Assembly: GCA_964562525.1 (NCBI GenBank)
Contig: CAZLTL010000003.1
Span: 4,115-68,114 of the forward strand
Length of the DNA: 64,000 bases
Source: an uncultured bacterium
Lineage (GTDB): Bacteria; Omnitrophota; Omnitrophia; Omnitrophales; Aquincolibacteriaceae
Direction of reading: 5' to 3'
Shown: piece by piece, positions 12,101 through 19,046 of the stretch
Numbering within the stretch: the first letter of the stretch is position 1
Layout of the letters: each line of letters opens with the position of its first letter
The notes under the pieces: generated by a model
The model's input: the letters and a program-made list of their open reading frames with translations, nothing else
The model's database searches: none
What the model was told of the DNA's origin: nothing
Program-made: the position numbers and the translations under genes

Positions 12101-15100
12101 GAAAATAGCCGTGGTCGTAGCAATAGTTTCCGGGCGAATTTTTTGGGGCCGCGCAGTCACAGCAACGATACGAACACCCTTTTTCCGCAGCTCTTGGTAA
12201 AAACCAATATCTAAATCAGATGCAGGTTCAAAATAACCGTTCTTTTTCATCCAAGCATGCATCTTATCCACAAACGGAAAGACAAGCCGGGCCGCCATGC
12301 TTCGCGCATTTTTTTCACCACTAAACTTTTCGGTAAGCTTTTGAATTAAAGACTGAATTTGCCCTTCGGAGCCATGCCATCCCCTTGTGCTAAAAGTCGT
12401 ATTGTCCAAATCAACATAAAGCACATCCAGCTGCTTGGCATTTGCTGCGCGCAAAAGCATGGCCTCAATCTCCTGCCATGACCGCGCTTCAAAGTGACGC
12501 CCGGCAAAAGGGCCTTTCCAACCGACCTTTAACTTCTCCCGCGCTTCGGAACGTTTATCCGTTGATTCCGGCTTTCGGATAATAAAAAAATCAAATAAAT
12601 CCGGGCTCAAAAATAAAGGTTCATCCCTCATCGCCTGCGGACGTTCTTTTCCATTAAGCGCAAAAACAGAGGGCTCCGCCTGAAGAGACTGTCTCAGATT
12701 TGAAAAATCGGTTACATTCGCCTTCCGCAGCTGATCAGGCGTCCACCATCCGCTGCTTTCAAGCGGTTGCCGGCTCCGCGTTTTAAAGCTTCCGTCACGG
12801 ATCGAAGCGAAGTACTTAAAAGAATCATCCCGAACGGGCAGCAAATAATGCCCGCGTGGCTGCCACCCCCGCGCCTTTTTGAATTCACTCGCAGCCCCGG
12901 GCTTAGGACGAAAAACAACTAAATCGCCCGCACGAATTTCATGCAAGTCTTGATTCAAACGGTATCGGAGCCCATTCACATTTTCAAAAATCTTAGCCAC
13001 AGCGTAATCAGCCAGTTTTTCCCCGCCTAAATACTGATTTAAAAACTCTAGCTGCTTGCGATTCAAGTTAATCTTAACTTGCGGCTCACGCCCCGGTTCC
13101 GGTCCGTCCAAAACAAACCGAGACTCGGAGCGGCGGATCGGATAACCGGAAACAATATGAAAATTAAGATCGGAAATCTTCGCCGGATCAACTTGTCCGC
13201 GGACAAAAACATACCGATCCATATGCCGTATTTTTCCGATATTGTTTTCTACCCCGCGATCCGTAATCACCATGACATTATTTGTCAGCGGATCGAAACG
13301 CACTCTCCTCCCAATTAATTCGGATTTGTCATAATCTAAATCTTGATCATCGACATCCGCGAGGATCCATCGATCGCCGTCTTTTTCATGTTTAAACTTA
13401 ACCTTTCGTATTCCTTCAAACGGCATGAAAAAAGCATCTTGAGCTGACGCGAAAACAAGACCGGGAGAGTGAAACTTATCAACAACATCCTCCCAGCTCC
13501 GGCCTCTGAAATCATTCAAATTAAAACCCTGCTTTTGGTCATACTCCAATTCCAAAGAAAATGCATCCCGGCCGATCCAAAAATCCCTGACATTTTTCCA
13601 ATGAAGAGGAATCAGCCTCTTGACCGGAAGACTTATAATTTCCGAAAAATTTAACCCGCGTGAATATTTTTCAAAAATTAAAAGCAACGGATAAACTCTT
13701 GTAATATCAATTTCAAAATGGCCCTGCTGATCGAAACCAACCGCTCCTATTAAAAATCGCAAAACAGCCCCGCCCACACCTCGTTTTCGATTGAGTTCAT
13801 AAACGGGGTCGGCCCATGTACCGGAGGGATAAACATCATGAAACTCATATACTTTTTTATCCCCCTCATCGCGTACATTGATGCTGACGGCACCGCCAAA
13901 TTCTTCCCATTGCTGGAAAATTCCTTGAAAATAAGGGTAAGTGATTTTTGCTCGAAATGACTGCCCGGTTATAGCATCCATGCGTCCAGGCACAATCGTC
14001 ACAATGACCGATGCTTGCGTGCGAGGAATTTTTACTTCGGCAACCAGCGGCGCATCTCCCTCGCGGGCTTGGTTGAGATACTCATTAACTTCACGTAATT
14101 CCGAACGCCTTACCTCCCGAATATGCCCAGCATGAATATTGGCGACAGTTTTGAGCGCTTCAAAACCTCGGTTAACGGACTGCGCGGCAAAGGTGGAGGC
14201 GGCAACCGAATCGAACCAAGCAATCGGAACTTGTGCAATTTGTTTTTTATTGAGAGCCGCAAGTAAAAGTAATTCGGAGTCAAAGGAAAAACTAAAATCA
14301 CGCGCCACAGGCAAAATCGCACGCAAGGTTTCAGGAGAAAATATTTTGAAACCAGCTTGGGTATCGCGAATATTTGAAATCGGCGAAAGCAGTAAGCGAA
14401 TAGCCCAGTTGTACATCAAGCTTGAAATGAGAGCCTGCCAATTGCGTCCTTCCGTGTACGATCCTTTTCCGCGGCGAACGCCAATCGCGGCTCCGTTCAA
14501 AACTGTTTCAGCCATCGGTTTAATTAAAAGCCCGGTTAAAAGCAAGTTGGCCGAAATATCCATGTCGGTATAACCAATGTAATGTTTTCCGCGCGGTCGG
14601 ATGCTATTGAGAGCTGCGTTTAAGCCTAAATGCACAGCCCCGCCCTTCGGCCCCCTTTTCACACTGGGTGCTAATCTTAAAATTTGAACTTGCTGCGGAT
14701 CCAGTTTTGATGACCGGCGCAAACGTTTTAACAAACTGACCGTTTCCAAATCAGGAGAACCATCATCCACAAAAACCATCCGCCAATGAAACTGCGGATT
14801 GATTTCACGCAACATTTGGAGCTGTTCAAACTTCACTCGAAAGGCATCTTCTCCGGCAGGATAACGCGCTGATGGCCGGTGCAAACGCTCAATTTCATTG
14901 TAAGCGGGAATTCCCCAGGTAACCGTAACATCCTGTGTAAGCCCGCGAATCACATCCATCGACTCATCGATTTTCTTTTGCTCAATGCCCTTCGCATCGC
15001 GGCCGCGCAAAGTAAAATCATCGCTTCGCGTTTCAGACCGCATAACGTTTCGCCCAGACTTCAATTCTGCCGATTGATGAGAGGGCTCTTGATCGCGGAG

Positions 15101-17371
15101 CTTTATTTCACGCGCAGTGTTTTCAACTTCATACCGATGACTAACAAAAAAATCGTACAGCTCAGCTACGGAACTTAAAGCACGTCCCATCCAATAAACT
15201 CCAATACCAAAAACTGCCGCAATGGTACCAGCAACGAAACCTTGTCTAAAATGTTCAAACCTGTCGTCAAAGAGAAATAGAAATCCAATACCCATAAACG
15301 CGCTGAAACTTAGAGCAAATACTTTCTGCATTCCAACCCAATAAATTCGGTATTCACGCGGAAGAAGAACCAGATTCTTTTGAATCCATGCATCTAGCCC
15401 CTTGCTCACTAAAGACTCAAAAAGAAAACTTGAACGGATCCACTTCCAAGCTCGAATAATTTTCTTCTCTTTCTCCGCAAAGAAATGATCTCTTGCAACT
15501 GTCTGAACAGCTTGATCCCAAACCCCTTCAGTTATGGTGGATGCACCCATCGGATTTGCAATCTTTCTCACGGCATCAACTGGTTGAACCAGTAAGTTAA
15601 CAGGAAGGGCTTGATCCATCGGGATGAGAAATGGACTTTGAGTCATTGCTTGAGATACAGCTTGAGCCGTTGTCGGCGACTTTAAATGACTCCGCCATTG
15701 GTAGCGAAATCTTTGTCTCGTAGGCTCCGACATAAAATCTGCCAGCCAACCATGAAGAGGCTCGGCAATTTTAACCGCTTGATTAAGCTTCTTAAGATCA
15801 GCAAGCCGCAAAATAAGCCGCTTGCGCCAATTTAAAAGCAAATCGTAAACCTGACCGGGATGATCTTTTGCATAAGCCTGAAGTAAATAGCTCCAATAAG
15901 CTTTTTGAAGATTAACTTGCCCATTTACAGCTTTCATTTGCGATCGCCAGCCTATGTTTCCCTGCATTAATTCCACATAGCGGTCAGCCCCTTCCAAAGA
16001 ATCAATACTCGGCGTGATAACCGCAAAATTCCAACCCTGCTTTTGGGCGATTTGCTCAAGCCCTTGCTTGTGAAAGCCCCCCGAGACAAACACCACCGTT
16101 TCCGATGAGCGAAAGCTGGCAGCGATATGTTTCTGCATTTTCTCTTCACGCTTAAACTGAACCGCGTAAAAATCCTTAAATGACTGCCAATCAGGGCTCT
16201 CAAGATTCATTCTCTTCACTGTCTGCCAATCGGACAAACTCAACTCCATTCGAACCAACTTCTCAAGCAAGCGAATCCGCAAAGTTTGTTTAAGTAAAAG
16301 ATGTTGCGCGGATTTTGTAAAGTAAGTTGAAAGTTTCTGTATCAAAAACCCTTGATACTCAGCTGCAAGCTCAGCTGTTTTAATTTCTTGCCATTCACGC
16401 TCCGAGCGCAATGCAAAATGATAAAGCCGCTTCTCCAATGCGTTCACTTTATTAAATAAGTCGGCAGGCAAAAGCTGTTCTAATTTTTGTGCGGATTGCG
16501 TAACAGATAGTCGCCCTGTCTGGACGTCTTTTTGCAGGGCCAATAATGCCAAACGCTCCGCTGGACCCGCAACCTGTTTGGCCAACGACCCAAGACACCG
16601 CTGCCAAAACTGAACTATCGCCGGGCGTTTTAAATGATTTTGAATTTGAACCTGACGGCGAACGGCTTCTAAGTGAGGAAAGTGCTCTGCGAATGATTCA
16701 TCCGGAAACTGCAGAATAAGCGGCAGCGCCTCGAACGAGTCTTCGGAAATAAATCTGTCCCATTTCAGAGCTTCTGTAGAATAACTTTTCTGCTTGGATT
16801 TCGAAATAATTTCACGCGCACGCTCGAGCCTAACTAAAACAGACTCCTGTTTTTTTATCGCGCTTTGATAAAGTTCTACAGCCCTATAATAAAGTTCCTT
16901 AGACTCCGCGGCTTGCGGCATAAGCAAATCAGATAAAATTAAAGCTGCGGCACCCCCGCTAATGTTTTGAGCCACAACATCTGCTTCGATTTTTTTTCGC
17001 AGCCAATCACGATCAGGAAAACTATGCTCTAACGCCAAGTGTGACGACTCATTTAAACCTTCCAAGTGCAAGGCAAAAGCACCGTAACGCGCACGAATAT
17101 CTTCAATCAGTTTCCAAATCGATTTTTGTGCCGAAGAAACAGCGTGCGCGTCCTCAATCACCAGAAGCGTTTTACCTGACTCTCCATGCTTGCGATTCTG
17201 AATCCGCCCCCATTTTTCTGAAAGCTGCAGTTTGTTAATTTGAATGGCAGATTCAGAAACAACAGTCGCAAGGCGCGGAGCCGCTTGTGCGTCGGAAGAC
17301 AAGAACCCCGATAATTGCAAAGCAATTAACAGCACTGCCACCGCTTTTTTAAAAACGTTCTTTTTCGCCAT
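3185..17371 (-). CDS. Giant multidomain secreted/membrane protein 1 (4728 aa). Order: signal peptide, TraB/GumN-like N-domain, TM pairs, GT2, HAD, GNAT, SAM-MTases, punctuated by recurrent RSExR motif
   Basis: Uninterrupted 14.2 kb ORF. N-terminal MAKKNVFKKAVAVLLIALQLSGFLSSDAQAAP signal peptide. Recognisable catalytic motifs across the whole length (see domain features). Opposite-strand ORFs inside are short shadow ORFs. Confidence 0.85.
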   Translation of the reverse strand: MAKKNVFKKAVAVLLIALQLSGFLSSDAQAAPRLATVVSESAIQINKLQLSEKWGRIQNRKHGESGKTLLVIEDAHAVSSAQKSIWKLIEDIRARYGAFALHLEGLNESSHLALEHSFPDRDWLRKKIEADVVAQNISGGAAALILSDLLMPQAAESKELYYRAVELYQSAIKKQESVLVRLERAREIISKSKQKSYSTEALKWDRFISEDSFEALPLILQFPDESFAEHFPHLEAVRRQVQIQNHLKRPAIVQFWQRCLGSLAKQVAGPAERLALLALQKDVQTGRLSVTQSAQKLEQLLPADLFNKVNALEKRLYHFALRSEREWQEIKTAELAAEYQGFLIQKLSTYFTKSAQHLLLKQTLRIRLLEKLVRMELSLSDWQTVKRMNLESPDWQSFKDFYAVQFKREEKMQKHIAASFRSSETVVFVSGGFHKQGLEQIAQKQGWNFAVITPSIDSLEGADRYVELMQGNIGWRSQMKAVNGQVNLQKAYWSYLLQAYAKDHPGQVYDLLLNWRKRLILRLADLKKLNQAVKIAEPLHGWLADFMSEPTRQRFRYQWRSHLKSPTTAQAVSQAMTQSPFLIPMDQALPVNLLVQPVDAVRKIANPMGASTITEGVWDQAVQTVARDHFFAEKEKKIIRAWKWIRSSFLFESLVSKGLDAWIQKNLVLLPREYRIYWVGMQKVFALSFSAFMGIGFLFLFDDRFEHFRQGFVAGTIAAVFGIGVYWMGRALSSVAELYDFFVSHRYEVENTAREIKLRDQEPSHQSAELKSGRNVMRSETRSDDFTLRGRDAKGIEQKKIDESMDVIRGLTQDVTVTWGIPAYNEIERLHRPSARYPAGEDAFRVKFEQLQMLREINPQFHWRMVFVDDGSPDLETVSLLKRLRRSSKLDPQQVQILRLAPSVKRGPKGGAVHLGLNAALNSIRPRGKHYIGYTDMDISANLLLTGLLIKPMAETVLNGAAIGVRRGKGSYTEGRNWQALISSLMYNWAIRLLLSPISNIRDTQAGFKIFSPETLRAILPVARDFSFSFDSELLLLAALNKKQIAQVPIAWFDSVAASTFAAQSVNRGFEALKTVANIHAGHIREVRRSELREVNEYLNQAREGDAPLVAEVKIPRTQASVIVTIVPGRMDAITGQSFRAKITYPYFQGIFQQWEEFGGAVSINVRDEGDKKVYEFHDVYPSGTWADPVYELNRKRGVGGAVLRFLIGAVGFDQQGHFEIDITRVYPLLLIFEKYSRGLNFSEIISLPVKRLIPLHWKNVRDFWIGRDAFSLELEYDQKQGFNLNDFRGRSWEDVVDKFHSPGLVFASAQDAFFMPFEGIRKVKFKHEKDGDRWILADVDDQDLDYDKSELIGRRVRFDPLTNNVMVITDRGVENNIGKIRHMDRYVFVRGQVDPAKISDLNFHIVSGYPIRRSESRFVLDGPEPGREPQVKINLNRKQLEFLNQYLGGEKLADYAVAKIFENVNGLRYRLNQDLHEIRAGDLVVFRPKPGAASEFKKARGWQPRGHYLLPVRDDSFKYFASIRDGSFKTRSRQPLESSGWWTPDQLRKANVTDFSNLRQSLQAEPSVFALNGKERPQAMRDEPLFLSPDLFDFFIIRKPESTDKRSEAREKLKVGWKGPFAGRHFEARSWQEIEAMLLRAANAKQLDVLYVDLDNTTFSTRGWHGSEGQIQSLIQKLTEKFSGEKNARSMAARLVFPFVDKMHAWMKKNGYFEPASDLDIGFYQELRKKGVRIVAVTARPQKIRPETIATTTAIFGEGAITDWLFTDGAGIEKLKAIQKHLESAGIAKDHALLVDDFHENVEAVDSLISTIHLKDIYADEKHLSVEKYFARMRTVPAQKWLRLEYALNALVAARDGDHRRQVRERVRPELTAAMNQGLDQAVQEIQDFLNRSNLTWEEIRSPALRRSESRLWRFEDLQLSVRPSKFDAVSLAETLSEFGAKNQDAVLIPRDFELMLPDRFFQGTGDGREFRFAVVEADADGVMREHFESVRVSYTGGWFTLATNGSEPEAFLNGQKEEAVYLRGYGPNEIGFERANGDETLVELKSFPNHKANYIAIKPFRWGDGIKVNVSELAGLTRSIYQRSEAREGESRPQLIQQKNKPEWLDKTEDARFAFKTFFGFAFWGVIFGVAFVAAAVVFTAGALIFKLLQAYSDLKNADHEYKITFAKYSDLSLKEKQKAVEFSQEWAVRIPPYAWIAYVSSKWKITGKYGKPELAAVQAYDSLLSGTSGRVRTTGLFVAKKWRRQGLKLATRLRDRFFSDMKERGISEVWIEVDPSEEAQAFHRNQQKRYGERVFIEGLSGRNYLMRMGGFQPLPENLVNEVKVRIPVRRSEARAAKSKMTISEQADALRLKIIRSLPNVRSDALAEELAHQEVTRFAQAVRGAPEMENYFDHSYFTAMRDNAKDARHTLYSLKPGKLMLEMVSVPVLPGNVYGVTFFNMIDLKDASDRGTPVAYAIYQIFKDKDGIKTHSINAAFNVFKAYRDHSTSKYAFKTHDLYNAWLAGLVSRNPIHIRVDAESQITKSRLGDLYLRVLFNLSRGYYPPDNKEEADRLFLDIHAHKDVTHKRVDAFLKKTKAQHWILPVQDLKQRTTANRSEARGEKETKATDAFATVVSTVKEGVDMLWPEGELSADINNPIPDFVRLIKAQFDGRPKLKGVDLGMGEGWFLPQAQTYFAKAGLQIQMFGTENYDAHSTNEEFLKEHGKGSMDFVSVNSPTPRAGNMAVFTEMAAQLVKDDGLVYVASDHYQNYAAVRVLLEQGFHVAFTTVFRNGPDRSQYDDVFTAVVASRNNLAGMRYLHDQGWKVIVVSRSEVRKINQQYSDVAASDKQISKKRFYLHIAIGAVAWGLIELASWYFGFPFIFNLYSWINSFYWGDFALGSLVASGLIASVTGAIADYYTQLISDYPAYQYHVKKRFTAFMGVRFLTGVVAFAANVYWVDLFTSPLLRAAISGFVGVSFSSLISVYFNGYWNRRGVAEIKTRGDVAPDKIDELQAAYSTRSQWGKDLKGVWGRLPVLLAQHHIAQDIVPELLRIPTIFTLGLFMQLFRNYMVNSQKPSFDLKTYLRVNLSVVGLIFILGGASALSIVAASIALIGITVGYYALTALKKEVLNKPSQAHIPESAPEIKSHLFSVEESQAFFQKLLQELGRRGLAMARDGADIPLDHEDVLHTNARAFIWDHGTDVSGKRNYNRFYRWSRRDNLGGIILFGDQDIPILGYVVFNRIGEKSFQLRFQIFEPEAGLPGYRGQGHGRRLVDFLKIYFSTYFNPKPEDLFFYLSAEEARQSSVFAVPLQRLGFELTENPQSLVLKLNRSEMRGKLDEIYTEVESMSYTLSDLRGLKEDVMNAFESRHIQKREQKDYLAVILAAAVRLYILGRPAEAFAHEVAEELTRAGRAVDVKRILKNVRQTQRIYGPFARIDPGYVRADMSSLLRYPKLRQYVADQIGARSRGKKLLSVGIGIGALEGDLIRRYGAEVTGTDVLPEFLQIINQSEGVRSQIITVVAHGELLPFQKQSYDTVIYPESIGHLDLKSAVQDASRVLKPGGSIFIMTYPPESKLAEGFQYRQYSQDEIKDALSDFGFQSISFDLTDSKKDYWVISAVKLQRSETRTSVHPKKYMGINDRQLSETEETALLSEMNKQGPLPIVEAPPAAEVERVFRLFEADAKVTQDDLEVIIRQAVYESWEALLKHAGPYMGETASWSVHNGKWASDQYPATHLAGIQFRNPILYLSADFMVGWCTSSSLSFHRSLYSLSAGKIKSTIHGASLVFGGYLRHVVQVVQYPGLQPIYVDVTGRQLESHAMYRDIDATPGARPLFNELFEKGYVGLSPENAEKIGLVFRRGQAREEGSDYDVLTKFRTLQTGYTSHDYTPLQEYGHEYFHAMTPEIARERSALDEAYAPELDRDFSGEKITGMWPLNPVVQVVEQIVEAIAGVELKATDLNQTNNQNIKNIDWMAELMDWRIPMMLSGFFGVVVSALSLTLNGVSWLRLIPLAMSVFGFTALGISFFIKIKNLYRSGGAFDSEFNQPDSSLQFPESNERSETRSTHSGQVRDMNLSADDQWFFDLLRDVSKPILAQKYQILLGGLPSVWKKTWAGIFVPSPMDEVIQALKPIVTGEHDFIDLGSGLNTSLIVAAHLGVHKAVGIEGDESLFADGKVLIDRFTVEFERQRIGFGASSQYASEKIATINGNFLDASRINLITLNGKIEPERKRIYYYFAGGSAGLENMKHRSQLLERIENAPAGSYFVLYGAQPDMKGELDVEMLKEKFGDPRVMTFPNGSGTNTYIFNIGRSEARADGQRLQDKLRRIKHIIGELEDMTVGIEAFTLMKTEDASESVIKISFNSWMNEHRFGNDIGFLYKRELSPDEIVSDGSIVLRTLDLLMLIESDSNSANLEKYKSSKIFLDDAGESEDKPIPYETLGVYFLLQMYLNSTEVWNPFRAKLDELKRLWEEEGTREDLVELIRSVHRSETRDLGIWIGSDAVTPVYSEERDDEIRFQDWLEAQMAADTAIEVRLVQQARQISPQAKALWQQALTRWKDAIAAKQIPKTAPVIFYSPEIESQLIEFIELTQKSFETLYPGQSTKQYRFALVFRTDYERATFEKKFGKLKQVKMYGPQAMGQLATDVFNSAKWRDHYGVFGAREILAGMAWQRNLSAESLPTEVSFALVPEAMAFFAATRTDEIEAAWATGFARWIQHLQIRKGEGIFLLSSVLELFSAAARRVMTSA
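6700..7110 (-). other. Class I SAM-dependent methyltransferase-like domain inside giant protein 1 (approximate coordinates)
   Basis: LSVGIGIGALEGDL (motif I-like), DTVIYPESIGHL, LKPGGSIFIMTY (post-III motif). Confidence 0.5.
11820..12430 (-). other. HAD-superfamily phosphatase-like domain inside giant protein 1 (approximate coordinates)
   Basis: Motif I VLYVDLDNTTF (DxDxT), motif II VAVTAR, motif IV LLVDDFHENVEAV. Verified on minus strand near 12395-12430. Confidence 0.55.
14190..14970 (-). other. Family-2 glycosyltransferase (DPM1/GtrB-like) domain inside giant protein 1 (approximate coordinates)
   Basis: IPAYNE, VFVDDGSPD, GPKGGAVHLG, YTDMD (DxD), DTQAGFKIF. This is the canonical GT2 motif order. 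Confidence 0.7.
15960..17190 (-). other. N-terminal domain of giant protein 1, paralogous to the N-domain of giant protein 2; possibly TraB/GumN/Tiki-like (approximate coordinates)
   Basis: LLVIEDAHAVSSAQKSIWKLIEDIRARYGAFALHLEG ... VVFVSGGFHKQGL in protein 1. The counterpart in protein 2 is VILIQDAHAIPDAQKNIHALIRHFEKKYGVKNVALEG ... VILVAGGFHTQGM. The two His-containing motifs (xxAH / GGFH) resemble TraB/GumN GxxH motifs. Confidence 0.35.
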
Positions 17372-17570
17372 ACGTCTTTCGGATTTGAATCAGCCAAACC
17401 ACTTTAAACAAGCCATTTATAAAGACCTTAGAAATCGATTATTGCTAAAAATTAACATACTCCTCCGTGAATACAAATTGGACGAAAATTTAGCTTGGCG
17501 TTAGGGCAAGATGATCAGCCTTGCTATATCCTGCTTCCCCCGTCTCAGATACGGGATCTGGGATGGGGGT

Positions 17571-19046
17571 TTAGGTGTGGAAATGGTTCCAGACAGCTTC
17601 TGCGGCAGAAAAAGTCATGCCGGGTAATCCAGCCAATTGGGAAACCCCGGCGCGCTTCAACTCATCGATGGACTCAAAATTTTTAAGCAAAATTTTCTTC
17701 CTCTCCTCACCAATACCGGAAATCTCATCCAACACGGATTTTGAAATTCCTTCGCTTTTTAAATGCCGGTGAAATGAAACCGCAAAACGATGCGCTTCAT
17801 CGCGAACACGCATGAGCAAATGCAGCGCGGAAGAGCCTTTTGGAAACACAAGCGGTTCTTTGGAATCCGCGGTGTAAATCCATTCAAACCTTTTTGCAAT
17901 GGATATCAGCTTAATATTCGACATCTCTTCTTTTTCTAAAACTTCTTTCGCTGCCGAAAGCTGGCCTTTGCCGCCGTCGATCATGATTAAATCCGGAATC
18001 CATTCCTCCCGGCCTTCCTTAATCCCCCGCAACATGCGTCCCAGAGCTTCTTGGATCGATGCATAGTCATTAATGCCTTCTACGGTTTTAATTTTGTAGC
18101 GGCGGTAACCCAGCTTGTCGGGTAATTCCCTATAAAATGCCGTCCGCGAAGCGACGGTCTCATCTCCTTGAATATGCGAAATATCAAAACAGACAATTTT
18201 TTCGGGCAGACTTTCCATTTGAAGCGCCTGCTTTAATTCTTGTGTCGCCGAAAGAACAACAGAACGCTCGGGGGATTTCGGCTCAAACCGTTTACGGCGC
18301 AGCTTCTCAAGCGATTCAATTTGATTTTTATAAAACTGCGCGTCTTCAAAACGAAGTTCCGCTGCCGCTTGCTTCATGCGGTCGGACAAGTAATCCAAAA
18401 AGCCTTTTTTGCCGCCGCCGATAAAATGCTTTACCTCCGCCACAAGCTTGGCATAAACGCTTTCAACTTCAGGTTTAATGCAAGGCGCAACACATTGGCC
18501 GATGTGATAATAAAGGCATGCTGTTTTGGGAAGTGTCTGGCATTTACGGATCGGAAACAGCGCCTGGATCAAGGATACGGCCCTGCGCAAAAGCTTTGCA
18601 TCAGTAAATGGACCGTAATAAAACGCTTTCTTTTCTTTTTTATTGCGGGTAATGACAAGCCGCGGAAATTTTTCGCCCGTGATTTTGAGAAGCGGAAAGG
18701 ACTTATCATCTTTCAGCTCTTTGTTATAACGCGGCTGATGTTCACGCACAAGCTGCGCTTCAAGTAAAAGTGCATCCATTTCCGTCGCAGTGGAAATATA
18801 ATCCACATCCCTGACGCGACTCATTAAAACCGCAAGCTTGGGAAATTCGGGATGCGATCCAAAGTACGAGAGCAGGCGCTTCTTTAGGGATTTAGCTTTA
18901 CCGATATAAAGCGTGTCGCCGCTTTCATCTTTCCAAAAATAAACGCCGGGTCCATCCGGTGTTTGACGAACTTTGTCCTTAAGGGTACCAGGCACCGAAG
19001 GGACAGGTTCCATTTTACTTTTCCCCTTCGATACCGGGCGCCTCAA
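17571..19046 (-). CDS. uvrC: Excinuclease ABC subunit C (compact 491 aa form)
   Basis: GIY-YIG (GVYFWKDESGDTLYIGKAKSLKKRL), Cys-rich CxxxC region, UVR domain (FEDAQFYKNQIESLEK), endonuclease core, C-terminal HhH (ISGIGEERKKILLKNFESIDELKRA). Confidence 0.85.
   Translation of the reverse strand: MRRPVSKGKSKMEPVPSVPGTLKDKVRQTPDGPGVYFWKDESGDTLYIGKAKSLKKRLLSYFGSHPEFPKLAVLMSRVRDVDYISTATEMDALLLEAQLVREHQPRYNKELKDDKSFPLLKITGEKFPRLVITRNKKEKKAFYYGPFTDAKLLRRAVSLIQALFPIRKCQTLPKTACLYYHIGQCVAPCIKPEVESVYAKLVAEVKHFIGGGKKGFLDYLSDRMKQAAAELRFEDAQFYKNQIESLEKLRRKRFEPKSPERSVVLSATQELKQALQMESLPEKIVCFDISHIQGDETVASRTAFYRELPDKLGYRRYKIKTVEGINDYASIQEALGRMLRGIKEGREEWIPDLIMIDGGKGQLSAAKEVLEKEEMSNIKLISIAKRFEWIYTADSKEPLVFPKGSSALHLLMRVRDEAHRFAVSFHRHLKSEGISKSVLDEISGIGEERKKILLKNFESIDELKRAGVSQLAGLPGMTFSAAEAVWNHFHT

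Noticed and set aside
4071-16203. Many 60-180 aa ORFs on the plus strand and in other frames inside giant gene 1 (e.g. 4071..4517, 7603..8001, 11216..11617, 14139..14573)
   Set aside because: Shadow ORFs of a long GC-moderate coding region. They are low-complexity or basic-residue rich, with no motifs.
18240-18767. 175-aa plus-strand ORF inside uvrC, and similar antisense ORFs in murJ, leuS and the GH35 gene
   Set aside because: Antisense to well-supported conserved genes.
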